Shown here piece after piece: positions 1 to 9,908 of a stretch of DNA of 32,252 nt; the first letter of the stretch is position 1; the number at the start of each line of letters is the position of its first letter. Position numbers and translations under genes: made by a program. The notes beneath the pieces were generated by a model, which had not been told where the DNA came from, did not search any database, and saw only the letters and a list, made by a program, of their open reading frames with translations. The DNA lies in the NCBI RefSeq assembly GCF_001194135.2, contig NC_068997.1, positions 54,338,167-54,370,418 of the forward strand, in the 5' to 3' direction. This stretch comes from Octopus bimaculoides (Eukaryota).

Positions 1-36
<36 letters not shown>

Positions 37-146
37 ATCATAATATATATATATATATATATAAACATAACGAGACGAAGGACGTCGTGTGTTTATTTCT
101 CTATCCTTCGATTGATCTATGTGTGTGTGTGTGTGTGTGTATACAC

Positions 147-379
147 TAGGTGGGGAGCTGGCAGGAACGTTAGCACGCCGGGCGAAATGCTTAGCGGTGT
201 TTCGTCTCCCGTTACGTTCTGAGTTCAGATTCCGCCGAGGTTGACTTTGCCTTTCATCCTTTCGGGGTGAATGAAATAGGTACTAGTCACGCACTGGGGT
301 CGATGTAAACGACTTATTCCCTTTGTCTGTCCTTGATTGTCCCCTCTATGTTTGGCCACCCGTGGACAATAAAGAAATA
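147..379 (+). mobile_element. Octopus-type SINE, near full length
   Basis: Contains the family core gttctgagttcagattccgccgaggttgactttgcctttcatcctttcgggg and ends in an A-rich tail (caataaagaaataaat). Homologous copies at 2319-2445, 12490-12660 and 29690-29890. Confidence 0.85.
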
Positions 380-517
380 AATATGTATGCATATGTATGC
401 TCGTATGTAAATATTCTAGTATCAATTTTAGTCTTTACGTATTTCAGGAATTCTATAATCAACAACACTAATTCTTCGCGTGTACACCTTTAAACATTAC
501 TTTAGTAATTCTCTCAC

Positions 518-601
518 CAGGACTTCCGGTACAGGCGTGAAGTTTGTATTTCGCTGATAAGATTCACTAAAGCTGAAACCTATCAGATATTGTGTCCCCT
601 G
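518..601 (-). CDS. Candidate internal coding exon (84 nt, phase 0/0), QGTQYLIGFSFSESYQRNTNFTPVPEVL, protein unidentified
   Basis: Minus strand reads tttttgctatttcag|CAGGGG...GTCCTG|gtgaga. Strong pyrimidine acceptor (NAGNAG), good donor, only one of three frames open, non-repetitive sequence. Confidence 0.45.
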
Positions 602-885
602 CTGAAATAGCAAAAATTATATTGTTATCCCGTAATTATTTCTAATTAGATTTTTGATTGCGCCTACTTTCATTATATGAACAATAAGAGTGATTTAACT
701 TTCTAATTGACTGATTACATAATTATGTCTAATTAACATATTTAACATTCCCTAAATTAAACATTAACGGCATTACAAAATATTGTGATGATGATAATAA
801 GATAATCCCGGCTGATCAAGGATGAAAGCTCACCACTAATATCTCGAAGACAATTATCAAATCACCATTATTGATGGTGAATAGG

Positions 886-1145
886 GCTGTTGTTGTTGTT
901 GTTGTTGTTGTAGGCATTAGTGGTGTTATCATTATTAGCGTTGTTGTTGTTAATGCCGTTACTTTTGTAGTGGCTGCCGGAGATGACGATAGTGATGATG
1001 ATGATGATGATGAAGATGATGACGACGACGGTGATGGCGGCGGCGGCGGTGGTGGTGGTAGTGGTGGTGGTGGTGGTGGTGGTGGTGGTGGTGGAGGTGG
1101 TGATAACAGTGATGATGGTGACGATGATTTTTGCAGCAGCAGTAG
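886..1145. repeat. Compound trinucleotide microsatellite (GTT)/(GAT)/(GAC)/(GGC)/(GGT)
   Basis: Read directly. Explains the poly-P/T/V/D/G ORFs at 816-1238. Confidence 0.95.
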
Positions 1146-1744
1146 AATGGCAGAGCGTAACTGAAAGCACGAGGGCTGTTTAATGTGTGTGGTCAGCTGG
1201 ATAGCAATTTTCATTAAATGCTCGTAGAGTGAGGCCATAATTTACGCTACTCGCTTTGATGCAACATCAACAAAGACTTGGATATATAAACTCCCTGTTA
1301 ACCATTAACCATTCAGCAACCCCACACGCACGCATACACACACACACACACACTGAAGACGAAGATGTAATCGATATGGTCATGCGTGAGCAGCATTACA
1401 TATTCCCTTCTATCATCTCAAGCAGTAAACGACACAAGTCTGTCTCTCATAAATAGTAATACTTTTGAAAGACTGAGGACGGAAGGCGAATCGATAAAGA
1501 GACAGACAGACAGATAGAGAGATAGAATGAGAGAGAGAGAGAGAGAGCTGGACTTATTGACAGAGTGTGAGGCATGTAGATAGAGAGAGACAAATGGATG
1601 AATAGATAAATAGATAGATGGATTGATAGTAAGATACGTGCACACAAGTTCATTTTCAGGAGAGAAATTTATTGATTTCAAAGAAGTACAAAACTCTAAT
1701 CTCATTCAAAGCAAGGTTTCAATGAATTTATAGTAGAGCTCCAG

Positions 1745-1960
1745 TCACTTCTTGAAGGCCCCATGGAAGTCCGCCAAAGGTGTCCAGCATGCTTATTCAC
1801 AGCCTCTTTCGTTTTTCTCATTACGTTGGAAAGAGCCATCGCTGAAGTTCACTCAAAAGTCACTGAGAGCAAAACCTGGGCCGTAAGGGGAATCAGGGAC
1901 AGTTTTCATATCCACCTCTCTCATATAGTTGGTGATCAGAATGCTCGCCATAAATCGCTC
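1745..1960 (-). mobile_element. Decayed mariner transposase C-terminal fragment
   Basis: Minus translation SILITNYMREVDMKTVPDSPYGPGFALSDF* resembles the mariner segment ...GIKTVPQPPYSPDLAPCDFW. Stop and frameshifts follow. Confidence 0.6.
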
Positions 1961-1984
1961 GCCTGCATCCTATTCTCTTAAAGA

Positions 1985-2315
1985 AGAAAGTTTTATTTTC
2001 CGTTGGTCGTGCATCAATTTTTGCATGGCTTCCTTCACATATTCTTCCGTAGAAAATCGACGACCCCGTAAACCATTTTTGAGCAGTCCAAAGATATGAT
2101 AGTCGGAAGGGTTGATATCTGGGCTGTAGGCAGGGCGTTGCAGTACCTCAAAGCCCAAGTGGCTAATGGTTTCAATGGTCTAGGTAGTTGTGCGTGGCAG
2201 CGCATTGCCATGCAACAACAAAACTTTCTTCGACAATAGGCTTCGGAGTTTGATGCGAATTGCTGGCTTCAGTTTGTTGGCCAGCAAAGCACTGTGTCTT
2301 GTACTGTTGATCATA
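1985..2315 (-). mobile_element. Mariner (DD34D) transposase pseudogene fragment
   Basis: Continuous minus frame INSTRHSALLANKLKPAIRIKLRSLLSKKVLLLHGNALPRTTT*TIETISHLGFEVLQRPAYSPDINPSDYHIFGLLKNGLRGRRF. HDNA has become HGNA; exactly 34 residues separate it from the D of YSPDINPSD; one in-frame TAG at 2180-2182. Confidence 0.92.
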
Positions 2316-2318
2316 CAC

Positions 2319-2445
2319 CCCTTTTCCGAAAGGATAAAAAGCAAAATCGACCTTGGCGGAATTTTATCTCAGGACGTAGCGATGGGCGTAATACTCCTTA
2401 ATATTTCGTCCAGCGCGCTAACGATTCTGCCAGCTCGCCGCCTTA
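2319..2445 (-). mobile_element. Octopus-type SINE, 5' portion
   Basis: Reverse complement gagctggcagaatcgttagcgcgctggacgaaat...attccgccaaggtcgattttgctttttatcctttcgg aligns to the copy at 147-379. Confidence 0.85.
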
Positions 2446-2457
2446 TATAAGGAAAGC

Positions 2458-2488
2458 AATAACAACAACAACAATAATAATAATGATG

Positions 2489-2527
<39 letters not shown>

Positions 2528-2628
2528 CCAGCAGGGGCAGCAGCAGCAGTAAAAGTAGTAGAAGTAGCAGCAGCAGCAGTAGTAGCAGTGGTTGCAGTAG
2601 TTGCAGCAGCAGCAGCAGTAATAATAGC

Positions 2629-2692
<64 letters not shown>
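2458..2692. repeat. Compound trinucleotide microsatellite (AAC)-(AAT)-(CAG/TAG)-(TAG)n
   Basis: Read directly. Explains the poly-Y/L/T/I/V ORFs. Confidence 0.95.
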
Positions 2693-2780
2693 AAATGGAA
2701 TGTTTTCTGAGGCAAATTCTGAAAACACCAAACAAAAATAACAGACATACACGCACACCCCTCCACACGCACACACACGC

Positions 2781-2826
<46 letters not shown>

Positions 2827-3589
2827 GGGGGGAAACAAGTACATAGACGCACAAACTTATATAATATCAATTGGTTGATGCCAAACATGCAATAGAATAT
2901 GGAGCTATCACACGCACGCATGAGTGAACGATTGCTTATTGATGTCAGTGGAGTGGGGTGCCCTGTGTTTGTGCACTTGCGTGTATGTGTGTGTGTGAGA
3001 GACAGAGAGAGAAAGAGAGAAGGAGGGAGAGAGTATGTGTGCGTGTGTGTGTGTGAGTGTGTGTATGTGTGTAAACATATTGATGGTTCGGGGTGTGCAA
3101 TCAAAAGGCCTTTGGCAATATTAATCGCTGCGATGCCGGCTAATTGTTTCCTGGGTCAGGTGTACAGCATCAATCGATTCTGCTGCAAATATCCTTCTGT
3201 GTGTTTGTAAATCTGTGTGTGTGTGTATGTGTGCGTGTGTGTGTTTGTGTGTGTGTATGTGTGTGTGTGTGTGACTGTGTGTATGTGTTCTTTCACCGAA
3301 TACCTGACACTATCTTACGTTAATTTCTTATCAACCATATGTACACATGCATGTATATATATATCTATGTATATGTAAGAAGGCCAGTATGTATTTACAT
3401 GTGTATGTGTTTGTTTGTGTGTATATATGTATGAATGGATGGGATAAGTGTGTGTGTGTGTGTATATATGCATTTGCATGAATGTGTATATTTTGCATGG
3501 TTTGTGAAAGAGAAGGCAATCAATATCTAAGTGGTTTGAAGAATTAGGTCTGTTCATGCGACTGTAATGTAGTGACAATATTATATTGG

Positions 3590-3900
3590 GGGATATCTGA
3601 AGATTTGTAGAGCTAAAGTGGAGGAATGGTAAGGATCCAAACTCTGATTACATGCGACCTTCTAGCAGCAACCCTCTCCACCTACAGATTGACCAGTCTT
3701 CTGCAGCCTCACATATCCATCTGAATTGAGCCTAAGGCCCTTTTCAAAGGTGTGGGATCGAATCTTGTTGTGCGGACGCTGTCAAATGACTTGCAGTGAC
3801 CCCTGTCCCTTCTTATTGGTGATGGCTTCGTGGTCACTGCTGAAGCTGCTCATGTCACGTCTTACAGCCACTACAGAGTTCACAGAGCGTTGATCATGAG
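3590..3900 (-). mobile_element. Heavily decayed Tc1/maT-like transposase fragment
   Basis: Minus translation PHTFEKGLRLNSDGYVRL (GLRLNSDGYV at ~3710-3739), followed by a frameshifted gagagggttgctgctagaagg (ERVAA-like). Matches a Tc1-like family I recall from octopus. Boundaries approximate. Confidence 0.6.
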
Positions 3901-4123
3901 TCATGATATCGGATTCTGATATCTGATGCGAATATTTATGACACTGGTTTCTATTCCTCCATCACAGCTAACTTGTTCTCAATTACAAATTTTATCTTTA
4001 TAATCTCTAACGCCGTTCAATGTTCATCAATTCATCAAGCAGTCCCTGCAAAAAGAGGCATATTGCATCGCCAAACTTAGCCGGTGAACCGTTTAAATAT
4101 ATATATATATATATATATATATA

Positions 4124-4383
4124 NNNNNNNNNNNNNNNNNNNNNNNNNNNNNNNNNNNNNNNNNNNNNNNNNNNNNNNNNNNNNNNNNNNNNNNNNNNNN
4201 NNNNNNNNNNNNNNNNNNNNNNNNNNNNNNNNNNNNNNNNNNNNNNNNNNNNNNNNNNNNNNNNNNNNNNNNNNNNNNNNNNNNNNNNNNNNNNNNNNNN
4301 NNNNNNNNNNNNNNNNNNNNNNNNNNNNNNNNNNNNNNNNNNNNNNNNNNNNNNNNNNNNNNNNNNNNNNNNNNNNNNNNNNN
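4124..4383. other. Assembly gap (260 N). Other gaps: 4789-4798, 5541-5997, 20386-20855, 21431-21440, 25673-25682, 27810-27819
   Basis: N runs, each abutting (TA)n or (TG)n tracts. Confidence 0.99.
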
Positions 4384-4754
4384 AAGATTAAACTTCTGTT
4401 CATCCTCTAATTCCTTATGTACTTTGTACTTCTATATGTAAACCATGTTGACAACATAACATAGTCTGCCATTGACACCTGTGCTTTGGTTCTTTCTTTC
4501 TTTTTCTTTTCTTCCTTTTTTTGTCACTTTTGCTATGAATTAAATTAATGAATTCAACAGGATACACCGTCTGCAAGTAGTTGGGTTCAGCATATTATCC
4601 TCCATTTTCTAATTGTTACACAAATTTTGGGTAAAACCTCCACTTTTACCCGCTCCCATTGATTGCACCTAGTATAGCACTAGTGTAGCAATAATTGGGT
4701 ACCCTCCCAGCAGTATACCCTTAGTGGGTTGAACCCCCAACCCCTAACTCTCTC

Positions 4755-4788
<34 letters not shown>

Positions 4789-4816
4789 NNNNNNNNNNCC
4801 AACCCCTAACTCTCTC

Positions 4817-4851
<35 letters not shown>

Positions 4852-4962
4852 TTATTTATATAGCGATAAGAAAATGGAAGGGAACATGTGGTACTCATCA
4901 ACTTGCAGACATTGTATTATTTACCTGTTTATTTTTCAAGAGAAACAATAAAAACAATAAAC

Positions 4963-5074
4963 AAACACATGTGAAATATTATGTCATATCAGTAATAGAA
5001 ATTAAGAAGGACATTTAGTGATCGAGGGTCCTTTTTAATTTTTATTACTCATATGACATATGTCATATGTGTTT
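4963..5074. repeat. Long inverted repeat / hairpin (32 bp core arms, 15 nt loop)
   Basis: 4981-5012 atgtcatatcagtaatagaaattaagaaggac versus 5028-5059 gtcctttttaatttttattactcatatgacat: 29/32 complementary. Outer extension aaacacat...atgtgttt. Confidence 0.9.
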
Positions 5075-5493
5075 CTTGCTGCTTCTTCTAGCAGGGAAGG
5101 TAACGTATCCGGAATTCCGCGTTGTTTTATGTATATATACTCTGGTCCTTATTGTCTACAGATTCATTATAAATCTGGATTATTTCTGATCATTCCTAGC
5201 AATGAAAGGTTTTAATTTTATGTAAAATTACCTGCGCAGACCACAACATGACAGATTTCATCATCTTCGACGATCGGAATTCATATAGCTATGGGCCTTA
5301 CACACGTGTGTGCATGCATGTATAAGTGTGTATGTGAGAGAGAGTGTGGGTGTGTCCATGTATGTAGGCACACACACACACACACACTCACACACACATA
5401 TATATAATTATATTCGTATTCGTATATACCTATATTTACTTAGCTATGTATATACATATTTATATATATATTCATATATATGTATATATATAT

Positions 5494-5525
<32 letters not shown>

Positions 5526-6661
5526 GTATATACATATATANNNNNNNNNNNNNNNNNNNNNNNNNNNNNNNNNNNNNNNNNNNNNNNNNNNNNNNNNNNN
5601 NNNNNNNNNNNNNNNNNNNNNNNNNNNNNNNNNNNNNNNNNNNNNNNNNNNNNNNNNNNNNNNNNNNNNNNNNNNNNNNNNNNNNNNNNNNNNNNNNNNN
5701 NNNNNNNNNNNNNNNNNNNNNNNNNNNNNNNNNNNNNNNNNNNNNNNNNNNNNNNNNNNNNNNNNNNNNNNNNNNNNNNNNNNNNNNNNNNNNNNNNNNN
5801 NNNNNNNNNNNNNNNNNNNNNNNNNNNNNNNNNNNNNNNNNNNNNNNNNNNNNNNNNNNNNNNNNNNNNNNNNNNNNNNNNNNNNNNNNNNNNNNNNNNN
5901 NNNNNNNNNNNNNNNNNNNNNNNNNNNNNNNNNNNNNNNNNNNNNNNNNNNNNNNNNNNNNNNNNNNNNNNNNNNNNNNNNNNNNNNNNNNNNNNNNTAA
6001 ATGGAGGAGGTGTGTCGTTTCCTTATGTTTCGCTTGTAATCTTTAGTTTTGTTTTTTATTCGTATGGTGTTATATTTATTTTGTTATCTATTTATTTGTT
6101 TGTTTGTTTTAGTATATTCTTTTAAAAATGGCGCATCATAAATATTTTGGTCGGAAAGATAAAGCAACTAAGCATTAAATAATAAAAGAAAAAAAACAAC
6201 GAACCCAAGAGAAAATAGTGCTACTGATGATGATGAGGATAATAATAATAATAATAATAGTAATAATTGATAATAATAATAACATGCACAAGCAAAAAAT
6301 GTAATAATTCGTAATGATGTTGGAAAATTTAATGTATTTTTGATATCTTTTAGCAAAATAATATGGCGTTTGTTTCACATACATACACTGGTGCATATGC
6401 ACTCACAATCACATGCAAACACACATACACACACATATTGCGTTTTGTTATTTTTGAAAATATGTGTGTTGTTTGTTGTTGTTGTTGGTATGGTGGTTTA
6501 TCATTTTTCGACTTAGTGAGGAAATGGAAATATTTAATGGTGACTTGCTTTCAATTTTATATTCAAATCTTGTCTCTCAATAATTTGCGTGTTATCAATG
6601 AGCGTCTATTATATATTCCCGCCTGGCCTTTATAGGAGCTGGAAAAAAAACTCAGTCTTAA

Positions 6662-6695
6662 AATAATAATAGTAATAATAATAATAATAATAATG

Positions 6696-6760
<65 letters not shown>

Positions 6761-6765
6761 TAATA
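6662..6765. repeat. (AAT)n microsatellite
   Basis: Read directly. Confidence 0.97.
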
Positions 6766-6945
6766 TAAAGATTGTTGGTCGTCGCAAATTGAATAAAAGC
6801 AATTTTTGAAAAAGCAATCGCGTTGACAAATTAAATCCCAGAGACTGTATCAATCATTGTCAAATAATTTGTATCTATGAACATACATATGTGTATATGT
6901 GTATATATGTATATGTTTATATGTACGTATATATATGTGTGTGTG

Positions 6946-7024
<79 letters not shown>

Positions 7025-7197
7025 GCATGTGAGTGTCCAAGCCTGTGTGCATGTGTGAGTTTGTGTGTGTAAATACAAAAGATATATCGATGTTATTGAG
7101 TATTCGCGTTTAAAACCGTGTTGATGGAAAGTAACAAGTGTCTACATTCATCTATGGCTACACACACACACACACATTTACACACACACACACACAC

Positions 7198-7248
<51 letters not shown>

Positions 7249-7415
7249 CATATGTGTATAAACATATACAAACATGCGTACATATATAACGTATGCATGA
7301 TTAAACTATGTTCAAGTGAATATAACTAACGCAATTTCGAATCACTGTACGGTGCACTCGTCCCACCTCCTTCTTCTCCAGTACGAATCAACAGTGTGAG
7401 TATCTATGTTTGCAC

Positions 7416-7562
7416 ATTATTTACATTATTTACATTTGACGGATATTTATCCTCATCTTGTTTGTTGTTAACACAAATTTTCTTCATCAGGTGTCTTGGG
7501 GAAATTTCGAACCTGGGTTCTCATTCCTAAGGTATTTTTCAATGTTATCGTTATTATTATTA

Positions 7563-7610
<48 letters not shown>

Positions 7611-7745
7611 TCCCTGCCTGGAATCGAACTCGAAATCTTGGGTTTAGTAGCCCACGCTCTTAACCATTATGCTATATGCTGTGGGCAAATATCCGTCAAA
7701 ATGTAAATAATGTACATAATTCCTCATCTTTTAAATATAGAACTC
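7416..7745 (-). mobile_element. tRNA-headed SINE-like element with internal (AAT)n, hammerhead-like relic and inverted terminal duplication
   Basis: Minus head 7686-7607: A-box-like tagcataatggttaagag and B-box gagttcgattcc. Then (AAT)n, then body containing acacCTGATGAagaaaatttgtgt. 7422-7448 and 7687-7714 are inverted repeats. Confidence 0.75.
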
Positions 7746-8016
7746 TATGTTTGCAGTTTGTAACCTCAGGTACGCTGACTTTTTTGTGACCTCTCAGCTG
7801 TGTTCGATTTCGTTGGGTACACAAGACTTTGAAAATCATAAGGCCCTTTGAAAACTTTTATTTAAATATAAAGGACCTTGGCAGCAGGAAAGTTAGAAAT
7901 TACAGATGTGTGGCTTTGTTTTGTATTTTGATTGTACGATCCCAATTTTTCTAATATCTCATCCAATTATTTAGAAAAGCGAACGTATATATTGGATCTT
8001 TTAATGCAATATTTTA

Positions 8017-8127
8017 CAGGTGATTCTCTATAAAAGTGCAGGCATTTGACTTGCTAGACATAGCAGCAAACTACACCTTACCTTGTTCAAACTGCACCCT
8101 ACCATTTTATAGAGAATGACACACCTG
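8017..8127. repeat. Dispersed-repeat fragment bounded by imperfect inverted repeats
   Basis: attctctataaaa (8023-8035) / ttttatagagaat (8105-8117) is a perfect 13 bp IR, extended by caggtg/cacctg. Internal gacttgctagacatagcagc matches gacctcctagaaatagcagc at ~13693. Confidence 0.6.
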
Positions 8128-8160
8128 GCACAATAGACTTCTCTCTATAAAGATGCTCAC

Positions 8161-8210
8161 GTGAACGAAGTGATCTTCTGAACAGCACAGCCGCACGAGC
8201 AGCCATGTTG
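8161..8210 (-). CDS. Candidate 50 nt exon, frame unresolved (all three frames open)
   Basis: Minus strand ctattaacgaatttccttcag|CAACATGGCTGCTCGTGCGGCTGTGCTGTTCAGAAGATCACTTCGTTCAC|gtgagc. Branch-like TTAAC, pyrimidine acceptor, GTGAG donor, GC-rich relative to flanks. Confidence 0.4.
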
Positions 8211-8636
8211 CTGAAGGAAATTCGTTAATAGTAATAATGTCAGTGGGTCATTAAAACTGGGAATACTGTAGTGGTGTTAATAAGATTGGGGAATTCAGTT
8301 CGATGGAGATATCGATTAAGGAGTGTCTCCAATCGATATATTTAGCAAAGCTTATCAGTATGTAATTGCAATGAAACTTAAAAATACCTTAAATGTACAA
8401 AGCAGTAAAAAGATACGAAAGGAACCGACAGATTTTTGATCAGAGCCCTCTGTGCGTCGAACTCAAATCATGATTAGCTCAGCTTTGCCTTTTATTTCTC
8501 TTAAAAAAATATGGACCAGTGAATAAATATGGACCAAATTTTTGCAGTCATTGCCCCAGTATGATCAAAATAGCTGTGTTGAAGCGACTGTTTTACCGAT
8601 AATACAATGCGCGTGCGTGTCTGTGTAAGTACATAT

Positions 8637-8699
<63 letters not shown>

Positions 8700-8818
8700 T
8701 GTGTATATGTATATGTATATGTATATATTTATATATGTATGTATATATATATATGTATCTGTATATATATATATATATATATATGCATACAAATATATTT
8801 ATATATACATGCACACAG

Positions 8819-8859
<41 letters not shown>

Positions 8860-8949
8860 GTCAGCATTGCTAGGCATTTTGAGTTTACATGCATGCTTGT
8901 TCGATTTCTTCGTGCGTGTTCAATGCATCCGCATGTGTGTGTGTGTATG

Positions 8950-8994
<45 letters not shown>

Positions 8995-9850
8995 TGATTT
9001 ATGTATAGCGTTTTCTGTCTGAGATAGCGACCACTTATTAGAGAGTCAACGATATGATACGAGAAGAGAAAATTAAAGACTTAAAGCTACAGAGAATGGA
9101 ATAAAGAGATTGATTAATATAAACATGCTCGTGGCATGTTAGTGCAGGAAGATATCTGGCAGTAATGAACCAAACGCCAAAGAGAATCTTGTGTTGGTTT
9201 CAGCGATTGCAGTAACATTTAGCGTTAACTAACGGCAGCCATGTTGTAACTTCATTATAATAACGATATCAAAGTTTTCATTGGAAGCTACATTGAATTA
9301 CATCTGTGAGTGTATTAATGGCTCTTTAAATATATCACAGCGTCCTCGTTCAACACAACCACCTTTAAATTCTCCCTACCAACCTCGGGACCCGACATAC
9401 TTCCACACCTCTGTATGTGCACAATGATATTTAGTCATTTAACCAGTTCTCGTGACTGGAAGTTTCTACGCTTATTGATGGTCGTACTCTGGCACCGATA
9501 CACAATATGGCAGGTGGTGGTAGTGGCGTCTGCAGTGGTCAAGGCGTTGTGGTAGCAGTGGAGGTGAGACCGGTTGCGTGATGGTGACGGCGACGGTGGA
9601 AGTATCAGTGGTGGTGGTACAAGTAGTAGTAGTAGTGGTTTCGGTGTAACTGCTATGTTGTCTGCTCATTAAGGGTTGTATGCTTCTCTTTCTTTCAAGT
9701 ATGAGATTAAAACAAGGTTAACTACAAGGGAACATTTCTCTGCAACTGAATGCCTACTTGAACCATATTCCACGCAACTTACGAAATACACCAAAGCAAC
9801 AAAGGATGCTCTAATCACTCACTCAGCCTCTTCGAAATTATTATTTCGAA

Positions 9851-9908
<58 letters not shown>

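Noticed and set aside
816-3210. Long ORFs with poly-P/T/V/L/Y/G runs
   Set aside because: They are translations of trinucleotide and dinucleotide microsatellites, open on both strands, with no domain content.
4020-6046. ORFs of 108-188 aa containing X runs (also 20259-20888)
   Set aside because: They are open only because they cross N gaps.
7607-7686. tRNA gene
   Set aside because: A and B boxes are present but there is no convincing acceptor stem or cloverleaf, and it is fused to a repeat body, so it is a SINE head.
9472-9669. GGT/GTA-rich ORF-like segment
   Set aside because: Degenerate trinucleotide low-complexity sequence of the type found throughout the window.
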